Virus record (IMG/VR): IMGVR_UViG_3300031993_000015
Direction: 5' to 3' (one strand)
Origin: a virus
Lineage: Duplodnaviria; Caudoviricetes
DNA: 64,000 nt
Positions 47,640 through 57,700 of this stretch are shown here, one piece after another (position 1 is the first letter of the stretch; every line of letters begins with the position of its first letter). The position numbers were made by a program, and so were the translations under genes. The notes beneath the pieces were generated by a model. The model had not been told where the DNA came from. It saw only the letters and a program-made list of their open reading frames with translations, and did not search any database.

Positions 47640-48195
47640 TATCGGGGTGTTTCCCTTTGTGGAGATACCGGAAAACATTCATACAGAGGACGAACTCAAT
47701 GACTGGTGTGAGAAGACAGAAAACGAATGGTGCGAACCGCGTGCATCTGAAGCTGTCCCTGAGAAATGGCTCAGAAAGATCAGGTTCAAAGTTCTGGACA
47801 AGTACGAGATGTTCAGGCGTCGCGGCTTGGATCACACGAAGTACGAACTGTACGAGTTCACTAAGCAGTACGTAATCTATGAGCCGGTGGATTCCGATTC
47901 AGACGATGACTATGTGCAGTTCCAGCCGAATGAGTTCGTTTATGCCTATGAGCTGATACCGGTCTACGCCTACGGCGAAGAGATCGGTTATCAGCGGAAA
48001 GGTGCGAATGCCGCTTTCTACGATGATGGCTTATGGGGGACCAACGTGTTCACCAAGGAGATGCTTCTGGAGCACTGGGACAAGTATTTCTCGGATCCCA
48101 ATAACGAGAGATACAAGAAACATACCAGATCCGTGTTCGGTAATAACATCATCAAGCACTTCAAGGAAGGCGAGACGTTCGTGTCCTATTACTGA
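47629..48195 (+). CDS. hypothetical phage-type protein (MGLDI...YQRK..N)
   Basis: AAGGA RBS; MGLD N-terminus. Confidence 0.7.
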   Translation: MGLDIGVFPFVEIPENIHTEDELNDWCEKTENEWCEPRASEAVPEKWLRKIRFKVLDKYEMFRRRGLDHTKYELYEFTKQYVIYEPVDSDSDDDYVQFQPNEFVYAYELIPVYAYGEEIGYQRKGANAAFYDDGLWGTNVFTKEMLLEHWDKYFSDPNNERYKKHTRSVFGNNIIKHFKEGETFVSYY

Positions 48196-48221
48196 CACAC
48201 ACAGCCAAAGGAGTCTGACAG

Positions 48222-48452
48222 ATGACCAAGCAACAGGCCGATGAGTTCTTCGATGCACTGCATAGACTGGAGAAAGCGGCCAACGAAATCTTCGGTGACG
48301 GATGGGGCGGCCGTATAGTTCAGTATGTGCAGTGGACACAGATTCTTGAAAACGAGGACAAGTGGCGCGAGCTCACGTCACTGTATGATGGAGCTGAGCC
48401 GGCTGACGCACAGCCATCAGAGGACCCATCCAACCAAAACAACCAACCATAG
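48222..48452 (+). CDS. small hypothetical protein
   Basis: AAGGAG RBS. Confidence 0.6.
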   Translation: MTKQQADEFFDALHRLEKAANEIFGDGWGGRIVQYVQWTQILENEDKWRELTSLYDGAEPADAQPSEDPSNQNNQP

Positions 48453-48461
48453 GAGTAACAC

Positions 48462-48710
48462 ATGAGCATCACGCTGTATGGTCTCGTATTCGAGCAAACA
48501 CACGACGCCTGCCCTGAGAGCTACGTGGTCTACGACAACGGCAAGCAAGTAGCCACTGTCGAGTTCCACTGGGGCAAACTGACCTGCCACAAAAATGGCA
48601 AGTCCGTCTACGAGCGCACTGCGGAGTACGACTGGATGTCCAGATTCCGCAATGAAAAGGAGCGCACGGAATGGCTCGAAGACGCAGCCCGCCACATCAA
48701 GGCGGCATGA
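48462..48710 (+). CDS. small hypothetical protein (ACPESY motif)
   Basis: AGGAG RBS. Confidence 0.65.
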   Translation: MSITLYGLVFEQTHDACPESYVVYDNGKQVATVEFHWGKLTCHKNGKSVYERTAEYDWMSRFRNEKERTEWLEDAARHIKAA

Positions 48711-48769
48711 CCACTGCAGCGCGGGTCACGCTACAGACCAGACCAGACCCTGACGACACAATGATCTCA

Positions 48770-48807
48770 AAGACCGGGCAGCCCAATAAGCCCCCGGTCT
48801 TCTTTTT
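48770..48807 (+). terminator. intrinsic terminator
   Basis: AAGACCGGG/CCCGGTCTT hairpin followed by a T tract. Confidence 0.65.
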
Positions 48808-48833
48808 ACAGTTGACTCGGCTATTGTAACGCA

Positions 48834-49012
48834 GGACTGTCCGAGGGTCTTTTTCCCGTACGGGGTGGTCTCCATGTTGTTCCCCGTGCGGCCGTTTTTC
48901 ACCCGTGGGGCGGACGGTCCAGTCCACAATAAACGCCTGGCCCTGCAACAGCTAAGCACGGCGTTTTGGCGGAGCCGGTCTTTTACTCCTTTCTGGCCGG
49001 CTCCGTCTTTTT
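48834..49012 (+). ncRNA. candidate structured non-coding RNA, family unknown
   Basis: Intergenic; TATTGT -10-like box at 48822; nested stems 48834-43/48911-20 and 48856-65/48882-91 with G.U pairs; stem 48931-37/48960-66; terminator 48968-49012. Confidence 0.55.
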
Positions 49013-49063
49013 GAACTTCAAGTTGAAAATTGGACGAGCCCTCTTTATCAAGGAGTCACGACT

Positions 49064-49231
49064 ATGGCGTCTGCAAAGTACAGGGAGATACCGGTCTATA
49101 CAAAGACGGAAGTCGATGAGTGGCGCAGGAACTTCCTGATCGTAGCACTCGTCACGGTTATCCTTGCGTTCTGCCTGGGCTACATCATAGGACACTTCAG
49201 CATGGACGACATACTCAGAACACTTGATTAA
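49064..49231 (+). CDS. 55-aa single-TM membrane protein (below ORF-track cutoff)
   Basis: AAGGAG RBS; FLIVALVTVILAFCLGYIIG. Confidence 0.65.
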   Translation: MASAKYREIPVYTKTEVDEWRRNFLIVALVTVILAFCLGYIIGHFSMDDILRTLD

Positions 49232-49250
49232 CACATAGGAGGACACAACC

Positions 49251-49595
49251 ATGTCTCAATACCAGATCATACAGCTCAAGGACCCGGCCAGTCCGTCAAC
49301 ACTGCAGTTTCCGGTCACACCTGCGGAATCACTGGTGCAGTCAATCAACGCAAGAACAACTCCCCTGATCATCATGCTGTCCCAGTGGAACGACACGCTG
49401 ACGACGCCGACAGAGGCGAACCAGTACGCATACAAGCCCACAGCCAAGCTGGTCTGTGTCAGTTCTGCATCCGGCAGTTCTTTCGTGTGGTCAGCAGGTA
49501 CAGCGCCTGTTGCAGGTAAGCTGTATATGCACGAGGGCACTCTTTATGTAAAGAGTGCCGCTTCAGGCAGTTTGAGCATTTTGCAGATGCCCTGA
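49251..49595 (+). CDS. Ser/Thr-rich protein, possibly tail-fibre related
   Basis: AGGAGG RBS; QLKD...FPVT N-terminus resembles the start of 54795. Confidence 0.6.
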   Translation: MSQYQIIQLKDPASPSTLQFPVTPAESLVQSINARTTPLIIMLSQWNDTLTTPTEANQYAYKPTAKLVCVSSASGSSFVWSAGTAPVAGKLYMHEGTLYVKSAASGSLSILQMP

Positions 49596-49617
49596 GCCAG
49601 TAACACAGTGAGTAACG

Positions 49618-49650
49618 AGAGCCTGTTCCCGTGTGGGTGCAGGCTCTTTT
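49618..49650 (+). terminator. intrinsic terminator
   Basis: AGAGCCTG/CAGGCTCT hairpin followed by TTTT. Confidence 0.55.
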
Positions 49651-49713
49651 CCTGTATAGTAAGCCAGTGCACAATGACGTGCACGTAACCAAAACACAAA
49701 GGAGTAACACGTT

Positions 49714-50781
49714 ATGGATTTCGCATGGGTTGTGGACGCACTGCGTCGTGGTCTCAAGGTCACACGCAAGGACTGGCTGCTGGCCAATCCACCGATGTAC
49801 CTGTACATGGTGACGGAGAAGAAGCCGGATGGCAAGCACATCATCAAGATGCACCCAGGAACGGGTCCAGACTTCGAGTGGACTCCTACTGCAGAGCAGC
49901 TGCTCATTGTGGACGACTGGGAGGAATACGTGGAGCCGAAGAAGAAGCCTATGTTCGGTAACACCAAGCTGACCCTCGATGAGAACGGTCCCCGCATGGG
50001 CGACACCATGACCGTCGAGGAGTACCTGAAGGTGCACAGCGGTGAGAAGCACACATTCAAGGATCTGTGCGACGACTACCTGGAGCAGCAGAAGGGCAAG
50101 GTCCAGATCAACGAGCTGCCCTGGGTCACGACAAATGGGTTGCACGGCGGGGAGCCCGTCGGTGAGTCCTGGCCTGCGCTCAAGAAGGTCTGGACCACGT
50201 ACTGGGACCTGGACATCCAGATCACAGGTGCACTGATCGACAAGGCAGACTATCCCTATACATTGTGTGAGCGCGATGTGGTCGAGCAGAAACGCGACAA
50301 GCTCGTTGTCCTCGCAGAGCCCGGTTTCTCCCAGCGCACTGTCACGTTGCACCTGGATGAGAACTGCTGGACAGACGCCAAAGCCGCATCCGCCAGTCTG
50401 ATCCACAGACTCACCACCAGGTTCGGCTGGAACACTGAGTTCTTCATCAGCCTGCTCAACGGTATCGAGCACACGGACGGAGACTGGTGCAAGCCCTGCT
50501 TTGAGGGCGACAACAGATCACTCGGCGATCTGTTCACGGAGGACATGGAGTTCCTGGCGCAGGAACAGGCGAGAGTCGCGCACACCTTCTACTACATCAT
50601 CAATCAGTATCTCAGGCTGGTGCAGACAACGGCTCCGGAGAGACAGCGCAAAGCACTGCTGGCGGCAGTCGAAGATCAGATGGAGCACAAAAGGAACGTG
50701 CTGTCTGCACTTGGTATCAAGGTGCCTGCTCCGCAGAAGACGGACGTCACGCTGCCCAAAGAGGACACCAACCATGTGTGA
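49714..50781 (+). CDS. protein with N-terminal DUF2829/Tad2-like domain
   Basis: MDF..VV.AL..G.KVTRKDW...W.PT..QLL..DDW in the first ~72 aa. Confidence 0.6.
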   Translation: MDFAWVVDALRRGLKVTRKDWLLANPPMYLYMVTEKKPDGKHIIKMHPGTGPDFEWTPTAEQLLIVDDWEEYVEPKKKPMFGNTKLTLDENGPRMGDTMTVEEYLKVHSGEKHTFKDLCDDYLEQQKGKVQINELPWVTTNGLHGGEPVGESWPALKKVWTTYWDLDIQITGALIDKADYPYTLCERDVVEQKRDKLVVLAEPGFSQRTVTLHLDENCWTDAKAASASLIHRLTTRFGWNTEFFISLLNGIEHTDGDWCKPCFEGDNRSLGDLFTEDMEFLAQEQARVAHTFYYIINQYLRLVQTTAPERQRKALLAAVEDQMEHKRNVLSALGIKVPAPQKTDVTLPKEDTNHV

Positions 50782-51631
50782 GAAAGAGCCCAAGCGCAGG
50801 AGCTGCACCACATGCCCGCAGTACGACGGCATGAAGTGCACGGCTACGGACTTCACACTGGGAGCTCGTGACGAGGTTCTGCAGCAGGAGCACCGCCGTG
50901 GGTTCATCTGCCTGGACACAGGCGAGGCTGAGCTGAAGGGTGACGCTGCAATCCAGTGGACAGCAGAGCAAGAGCGCCTAAGTCAGGAGAAAGGTTACAA
51001 GTCCTGCGTGGAGATGTGGGCCGCAGAGGGCAAGCAGGTCAAGTCAGGTTTCCTTATCGACGAGGACAACGAGCATCTGGAGCCTTTGCTGCAGGTGTCC
51101 TGTTCCCCTTCCTCGGAGAGTCCATCCCTACGGGATGGACCTCCTCAGAAGGGGAAAATCACGGAAAACAGACATCTACACAACACACTTCGCACGGCTC
51201 TCGTCAGGAATCCGGAAATACACTGCGGCAACTGTAAAAAGAGCCATAAGGAGGGAAATCGGTTGGTCTGCGACAAATGGGGCATCCAGAACATCTTGAT
51301 GCCACAGCGCACCTGTGAGAAGTGGGCGTTCAGAGCGACGACCGATTTGTCCAGCCTGCTGGTACACGACCATAACGAAGCACCTTCCTTATATAAGGAA
51401 GGTGTGTCTTCCAAACCGAAAGCCGGAGATCTGGTGATTGTTCCGGGCAACAGCATCTGCACTGCAGACAATGTGTCGATTAACAAGCGACCCGCTGAAG
51501 ACAACTGTATTACTTACATAAGTAATACACCTGATTCAAATGCAGTGTTCACAGATGAAGAAATCTCACAACTGACCGATGCGTTGCGCACCATGCAGCG
51601 CATCCTGGGACAACACGGAGTAACACTATGA
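50774..51631 (+). CDS. hypothetical protein with two Cys clusters
   Basis: CTTC..C and CGNC..C..C. Confidence 0.65.
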   Translation: MCEKEPKRRSCTTCPQYDGMKCTATDFTLGARDEVLQQEHRRGFICLDTGEAELKGDAAIQWTAEQERLSQEKGYKSCVEMWAAEGKQVKSGFLIDEDNEHLEPLLQVSCSPSSESPSLRDGPPQKGKITENRHLHNTLRTALVRNPEIHCGNCKKSHKEGNRLVCDKWGIQNILMPQRTCEKWAFRATTDLSSLLVHDHNEAPSLYKEGVSSKPKAGDLVIVPGNSICTADNVSINKRPAEDNCITYISNTPDSNAVFTDEEISQLTDALRTMQRILGQHGVTL

Positions 51632-54288
51632 CCATCACTATCGCGAGCACTGTAACGAACGATTGGATCCGGTTTTTGTATGTCCTCATGGGTTCCATCA
51701 AGGGGCACAAGAAAACGGATACCACAATCGAGTACCACGTGTTTGTTCCGTACACTGCAGACAAGGACAGCGCCTATTACGATGGGTATTTCGGCGATCT
51801 GCAGTCAGACACATTCCATGTGCACCTGATGGATGCGCAGCCGCTTGTTCAGAGAGTAGGCAGCGATCTGCCAGGCGCACATATCATGTACATCAGATAT
51901 CTATTCCCGGAGGTGTTCCCGGATCTGGACCGTATCCTGTTCCTGGACGCGGATGTTCTGTGTTACAACAGCGGCATAGAGGATATCTGGGAGACGGACA
52001 TTACCGACTGCTACGCAGCCGTCGCTGCAGATCCTGTTATTGAACGAGCGCCTGAGTGCCAAGCAGAGCGCTACATGGTGGGGAGCTCTAAGTATTTCAA
52101 CGACGGAGTCAGCTTGCTCAATCTGAAATACATGCGAGAGACCGGTATGGACAAGCGGTTGGCTACCTGGTTGACAAACTGGGATTACAGCAGGCTGCAA
52201 CCAAACTACTTTGCGCAGACACTGGCAAATTACCTGTTTCGGGATCATGTCAGATGGTTTTCCAGTTTGTATAACAACATGCTGCTCGCCGCGTGGGGCT
52301 ATAGTGTGAACGCGCATAAAGACAATGCAGCAGAGCTTGGTTACGCAGCACCATTGGATACCGTGAAGGACACCGTATTCCTGCACTTCTGCGATCACTG
52401 CAAGCCATGGCTTGAGACTTTGCCGAACCCGGAAGATATGTACCCGTACATACAGGAGTCACGTACTATCTGGGCGGAGGCTGAAAAGGCATACGGCAAA
52501 ATAAGCAACCATGATATACAGTGTACAGCAATAAAGATTGCCAGTGCGTTCACAGTGGACAGATTGTCTGTCTTTTATGTGTTGCTGAACAGCATTAAGC
52601 ACAACAAGAAACCGGATACCACGGTTGACTACTATGTGTTTGTGCCGTACGCAACCGCCAAGGGACAGGACTATTACGAGAACTACTTCGCAGAACTGCA
52701 GGATGACATGTTCCATGTGCATGTTTTGGATATACTGCCCGTGCTCCAGCAGATGGGAGATCTGTATGGCGGCCGCATCTACTACACCAGGTGTATGTTC
52801 CCCATGGTATTTCCAGAATTGGATCGTCTTCTGTATCTGGACGCGGATGTACTATGCTGCAGAGCCGGCATCGAGGAGTTCTGGGAGACAGATCTGACAG
52901 ATTGTTATGCGGCTGTTGTTCCGGATCCTCCTATTATGTGGGCGGATCGCTACAAGTTCGAAAGGGAAAATACAGGCCTTTCCAAATACTTCAACAGCGG
53001 TGTCATGCTGTTCAATTTCACGGAGATCAGGAAGCAGGGTATGGACGCGAAGCTGGTCGAGTGGTGCAGGAGGTGGGACAATGATAAGCTGAAGCCGTAC
53101 CACCATGACCAGACACTGATGAACTGGCTGTTCCAGGATCATGTCAAATGGCTGCCCTGGCTGTACAACAACCAGGTGCTGACCTCTTGGGGCTACAAGG
53201 TTGCGTCTTACGAACAGCAGGCTGCAGAGGATGGCTACAAAACACCGCTGGATACCGTGAAGGACACACTGTTCCTGCACTTCTGTGACCATGTGAAACC
53301 CTGGGCTTCCAAACTACCATACCCGGAGGTCACATATCCGTATCTCAAGGAAGCGCGTATGGTCTGGCGTGATGCAGTCACCAAATACGCCAAGCAGCCG
53401 GACGCCATGCAGGATACCATTACCATCGCCACGACTGCCACGCTGGACCGCAAGGAGAACGTCTACATCCTGATGAACGGCATCCGCGAGAATAAGCGGA
53501 TGGACACGTTGATCATGTTCTACCTATTTGTGCCAAAGACCGAGATCCCGGAGTTCCAGCGCTACCTGACAGGCATCCCGTCCGAAACGTTCAAGGTAAC
53601 TATTATGGATGTGGACTGGTTCGCCGACAAGGTTGACACCAGAGGCACCATACGGAATCACCTGTACTACGCCAGATGCCTGTTCCCGCAGGTGTTCCTG
53701 ACGACAGACAAGCTGCTGTACATGGACATAGACATGGCCTGCATCGGCCCAGGCATCGAAGAGCTGTGGAACGAGGACATCGAGGGATGCTGGGTAGGTG
53801 CCTGCATCGACCCGACCTGGCAGTACTGCCCGTACTTCAGCCACGATCCGATCAACACCGGGACGGACCACTACTTCAACAACGGCATGATGCTGATGAA
53901 CCTGAAGCAGATCCGCAAGGACGGCAAGGACAAGGAGTTCGCAGAGTGGTGCCTGCACTGGGACAAGACCAAGCTGGTCTGCCATTGCTTCGACCAGACG
54001 TTGTGTAACTACTTGCTGAAGGACAAGGTGCGGCTGCTGAACACCAGGTACAACAACAGCCTGCTGGTGTCTCTGGGTGTCGCAGAGGACGCCTATGCGC
54101 TGTACATGGAGGAACAGGGCTACGACGAGCCGCTGGACAGCCTGCGCGACGCCGTGTTCCTACACTTTTGCGGCAGCAAGAAGCCGTGGGACCAGAAGGC
54201 GCTGGCCTGCAGCAAGGACGAGTACCCGTTCAAGGACGAGGCCGTGGATCTGTGGCGGCAGATCAAGGAACGATTCGGCAAGAAGTAA
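51628..54288 (+). CDS. glycosyltransferase with three tandem GT8 domains
   Basis: Three copies of R..FP, (L/M)DxD, YFNxG, DQ/AQ..N, LHFC..KPW. Confidence 0.88.
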   Translation: MTITIASTVTNDWIRFLYVLMGSIKGHKKTDTTIEYHVFVPYTADKDSAYYDGYFGDLQSDTFHVHLMDAQPLVQRVGSDLPGAHIMYIRYLFPEVFPDLDRILFLDADVLCYNSGIEDIWETDITDCYAAVAADPVIERAPECQAERYMVGSSKYFNDGVSLLNLKYMRETGMDKRLATWLTNWDYSRLQPNYFAQTLANYLFRDHVRWFSSLYNNMLLAAWGYSVNAHKDNAAELGYAAPLDTVKDTVFLHFCDHCKPWLETLPNPEDMYPYIQESRTIWAEAEKAYGKISNHDIQCTAIKIASAFTVDRLSVFYVLLNSIKHNKKPDTTVDYYVFVPYATAKGQDYYENYFAELQDDMFHVHVLDILPVLQQMGDLYGGRIYYTRCMFPMVFPELDRLLYLDADVLCCRAGIEEFWETDLTDCYAAVVPDPPIMWADRYKFERENTGLSKYFNSGVMLFNFTEIRKQGMDAKLVEWCRRWDNDKLKPYHHDQTLMNWLFQDHVKWLPWLYNNQVLTSWGYKVASYEQQAAEDGYKTPLDTVKDTLFLHFCDHVKPWASKLPYPEVTYPYLKEARMVWRDAVTKYAKQPDAMQDTITIATTATLDRKENVYILMNGIRENKRMDTLIMFYLFVPKTEIPEFQRYLTGIPSETFKVTIMDVDWFADKVDTRGTIRNHLYYARCLFPQVFLTTDKLLYMDIDMACIGPGIEELWNEDIEGCWVGACIDPTWQYCPYFSHDPINTGTDHYFNNGMMLMNLKQIRKDGKDKEFAEWCLHWDKTKLVCHCFDQTLCNYLLKDKVRLLNTRYNNSLLVSLGVAEDAYALYMEEQGYDEPLDSLRDAVFLHFCGSKKPWDQKALACSKDEYPFKDEAVDLWRQIKERFGKK

Positions 54289-54295
54289 GACGCCA

Positions 54296-54325
54296 GGGCG
54301 CTCCGGATGGGGCGCCTTTAATTTT
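54296..54325 (+). terminator. intrinsic terminator
   Basis: GGGCGCTCC/GGGGCGCC hairpin followed by TTTAATTTT. Confidence 0.55.
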
Positions 54326-54480
54326 GTACTTGAAGTTGAAAATCGTACAACCTGATTATGCAACTTGGGTTGTATGATATGTTGTATAAACGGTTCGGCT
54401 GATTGGGTCATCATGTTGTTACGCCGCGCCTATGGTAACGATATCACTCTCTTTAATGGTTGCAACCCAGGAGATTCACT

Positions 54481-54783
54481 ATGTACGAAACAAAGCCCGA
54501 AATCATCGGCATGTACAACAATGGCCTGAAAGGCGGCGGTGGCGGAGGCGGTGGCGGCACCGGCCCAACCATCACGATTACCATTCCGAGTGCCACGCTG
54601 TCGTCCGAAGGCGTTGTCATTACAGGCAATACAACGAACAGCTCACTGACCGCCGAGGACGTGACACATGTCCCGACCCAGTGGTTTTTCCAGAACGAGA
54701 TCGCAAGGCTGGATCAGCGCATCGACGATGTGCCCGGCACGATCCAGTACACCAAAATCGCACAATACCCACCTGAGAACTAA
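54481..54783 (+). CDS. small protein with poly-Gly tract, possibly virion/fibre associated
   Basis: AGGAG RBS; KGGGGGGGGGTG. Confidence 0.6.
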   Translation: MYETKPEIIGMYNNGLKGGGGGGGGGTGPTITITIPSATLSSEGVVITGNTTNSSLTAEDVTHVPTQWFFQNEIARLDQRIDDVPGTIQYTKIAQYPPEN

Positions 54784-54794
54784 GGAGCACCCAC

Positions 54795-57700
54795 ATGGCT
54801 ACTCAGACTTATATGACCGCCAAGCTCAACCTCGCTGACGGCACTATCGTTTATCCGCAGATCTCCCTGGACAACATTGTCAAGAGCATCAGCGATCCCA
54901 CGCTGGTCACTGTGGCAACACTGGATGGAAGCAGCAAGGTTTCCATCAATAATCTGCCTGTCACGACATCTGTGACCGATTCGAACAGCACGGTTCCGAC
55001 CAACGGCGCTGTCTATGGCGCACTGAACACCAAGCAGAACACGCTCGTGGAGGGCGACAACATCATTCATATCATCGGCGGGAGCACCATCATGGCAGAC
55101 ATCACCAATCTTGACGTGGCCGGCATCGACCAGACAGCCACCAACGGCGTCTATCTGGTCCTCGATGGCAACACGATCAGTGCGGCGGCCGATCTCGCTG
55201 CCACAAACGCTGCTGGTGTGATCGCCGGTGGCAACAACAGTGTCGCGATCACCAACGGCGTCATTCAGGGCGCGACTCCAGAAGAGATCCGTGGCGGTAC
55301 AGGTAGCATCGTCACAGCCGAGCAGCTGCAGGTCGCTCTGTATGAAGGCTGGAAGACTGAGGACATCCTGGATCCCACGATCCACAAGAGCACATTCAAC
55401 GGCTGCTGCTATGAACTGGATCCTGTGAACAACGAGATCATCTGCGGTGGTACAGTCGGTTCTGAGGGCGCTTTCATGACCTTCGACTTCTGGCAGCCTG
55501 TGCGCTACCTGTCCACGATCAATGCCAAATGGATCGTTACTTGCGAAGTCTGGAACAACACTCCTGCTGTTCCGATCAACCTGGGCATCGGAGAGGGCGG
55601 CTCGATCATAACCGGTGTTCCGACCAGGACAAGCTCCTCCGGTACATGGGAACGTCTTGCTATTGCTGTGGACACAACGACGCAGCTTGAACGCTACTAT
55701 CTCCGCTGGCAGACGGCTAACACGACCGCAGGTACGGTCTGCAGCTGGAAGATCCGCAATGTCGCGTTCATCAATGCCAATGCTCTGAACAGCCGCGCCA
55801 AATGGGCCGAGATTGTGAACAATCCCGGTGAACTGTATAAGTCTGGCGCCGGTATCCGGATCAACTGCGATACAATCGGCGTTGATGAAGCGTCTGTCGA
55901 AGATATCGTCGGCGGCGACGCGATTGGCAACAAGACCATTACCCCCAGAGCTCTCCAGGGTGCTTTCAGCGCAGGCAAGGCTGTCGATGTCACATGCACA
56001 CCATACAACAATTATGGCACGCTCGTGAATATCATCGCCGGCGTGGTGCAGACTTCCATCACGGACCCCAAGGGCACTCTCCAGTGGTCCACTACCTCAG
56101 CGCTTGCCAATCAAGTCAAGATCGGCTTCTATGACACCAGTACGCATGCGTTTCCGGCTTATGCTGAGTCCTCTCCCGGTGTCGGCCTTTATTATCTGCT
56201 GTTTGCTGACATCAAGAACACCGGAACCACTAATCTCTGGATAACCACAGGCGGAACAGACACTGCTGGTTCCGCTTATGGCCAGCCGAGATTCCTCGCC
56301 CCTGGCAAAAGTGGCAGATTCGTCATGCTGTTCCATACCAAGGATTCCGCATACTTCCAGCTGACTACACCGGCTGCCGGATCACAGATCGAGATCACCA
56401 ACATGCGCGAATACGAGGTGAACGGTTGCTCCGACGCGGCCCGTGCCTATATTGGCAGCCTGCCCAATCCGGATGACTTCAACGCTTACTACGCAGTGGG
56501 TACCGAGGAAGTGAATCCCTGGATTCCGATCATCAACATGAAGTCCAGCCCTTCGACCACGATTGCCAGTGGCCTGGACTACAAGCTCCTCGCCAACGAC
56601 GGCGCCACGCATACGCTGACTGTGGATACATGCCCGACCGGCTACTACGGCCGCGATGCCCACATGAGCCTCTTCGTCGGCGCCACTGACAAGATCCAGG
56701 TAGAAGCGCCGCTGGTGCTCATGCAGCCGCTGACGGCAAACGCTGTCAACAACTGCACGATTAAGTTCCGCGACGGTGAAGCCCGCATGTACGTGGACGA
56801 CACTGCGTATGGCTACACCGTGATCCTGACATCCGGTACAGACAACGGCAGTCTCAATTACGGCATCTGGAACAGCACGGCCGAGTATATTACTTTCAGT
56901 GCTGTCACGGATGGTCAGGACGTGCTGATCGACAGCGGTACCATCAGCCGCAACATGAATGTGCTGGGCAACGGTCCGGAGAATACGAAGATCACCGGCG
57001 GCACGGTCAAGTTCTATCAATGCTCGCCGACGTTCAACAATCTGACAGTGTCTGCCAGGTTCCAGGACTATGCGTATAGTCAGAACCCATATGGCTGGTC
57101 TCCGCAGTTCTATAACTGCCTTTTCGTGGATGTCAACGGCATCACCACATCGGAAGGATCTGGTAGCGGTATATCCCTTGGCTATCTGACCGCTCGTATG
57201 TATGATTGCGAGATCACCGGATGTACCAGCTACATATTCGCAAAGAGCCCGTTCGCCGGCCTTTATATTCAGAACTGCTGGTTCCATGACAACAGCATTG
57301 TGAGTCGTATTGCCATCGGCCGTAATTGCACCGTAAAGGGTTCCACGTTCTCGGATGCGTGCAATGGAATATGGATGGAGATCACTGGCGGCACTATGAC
57401 AGACTGTGTGTTCCCGACTACTGGGACGGCAGTGAGGGCGCTTGAAGTCGGAACAAAGGGCTACTATGCAAGCACCACGCTGGTGTCCGGTTCGACGTTC
57501 GGACAGAACCGTAACATTGCTGTCTGGAATGGCGGTACCGATGCAACTACAGGTGTTGTAAACGAGTCCTACCTGAAATTCAGTGGCACCAACTACATCG
57601 ACAGCACGATTGATGGCAGCGGCAGAGTCTCTACCCAGGCTTTCTCAACGACGAACTTCGGCGAGCACTTCTCCATTAACCTGAGTACGCTGAAGATATT

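Noticed and set aside
45409-48224. CRISPR array or integron attC sites
   Set aside because: The repeats are only 6-15 bp, are separated by whole genes, and lack attC-type palindromes; no cas or integrase gene is in the window
48734-48749. CAGAC x3 microrepeat
   Set aside because: Too short to distinguish from chance
48834-49012. SRP RNA, tRNA or tmRNA identity for the structured element
   Set aside because: No SRP domain IV motif, no cloverleaf or T-loop, and no tag ORF
52340-53310. Similar DNA segments in the glycosyltransferase as a DGR TR/VR pair
   Set aside because: Both copies are in-frame parts of duplicated GT8 domains, and the differences are not adenine-specific
54532-54558. Poly-Gly GGC/GGT tract as a phase-variable repeat
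   Set aside because: Mixed codons and triplet periodicity indicate a protein linker, not a slippage switch
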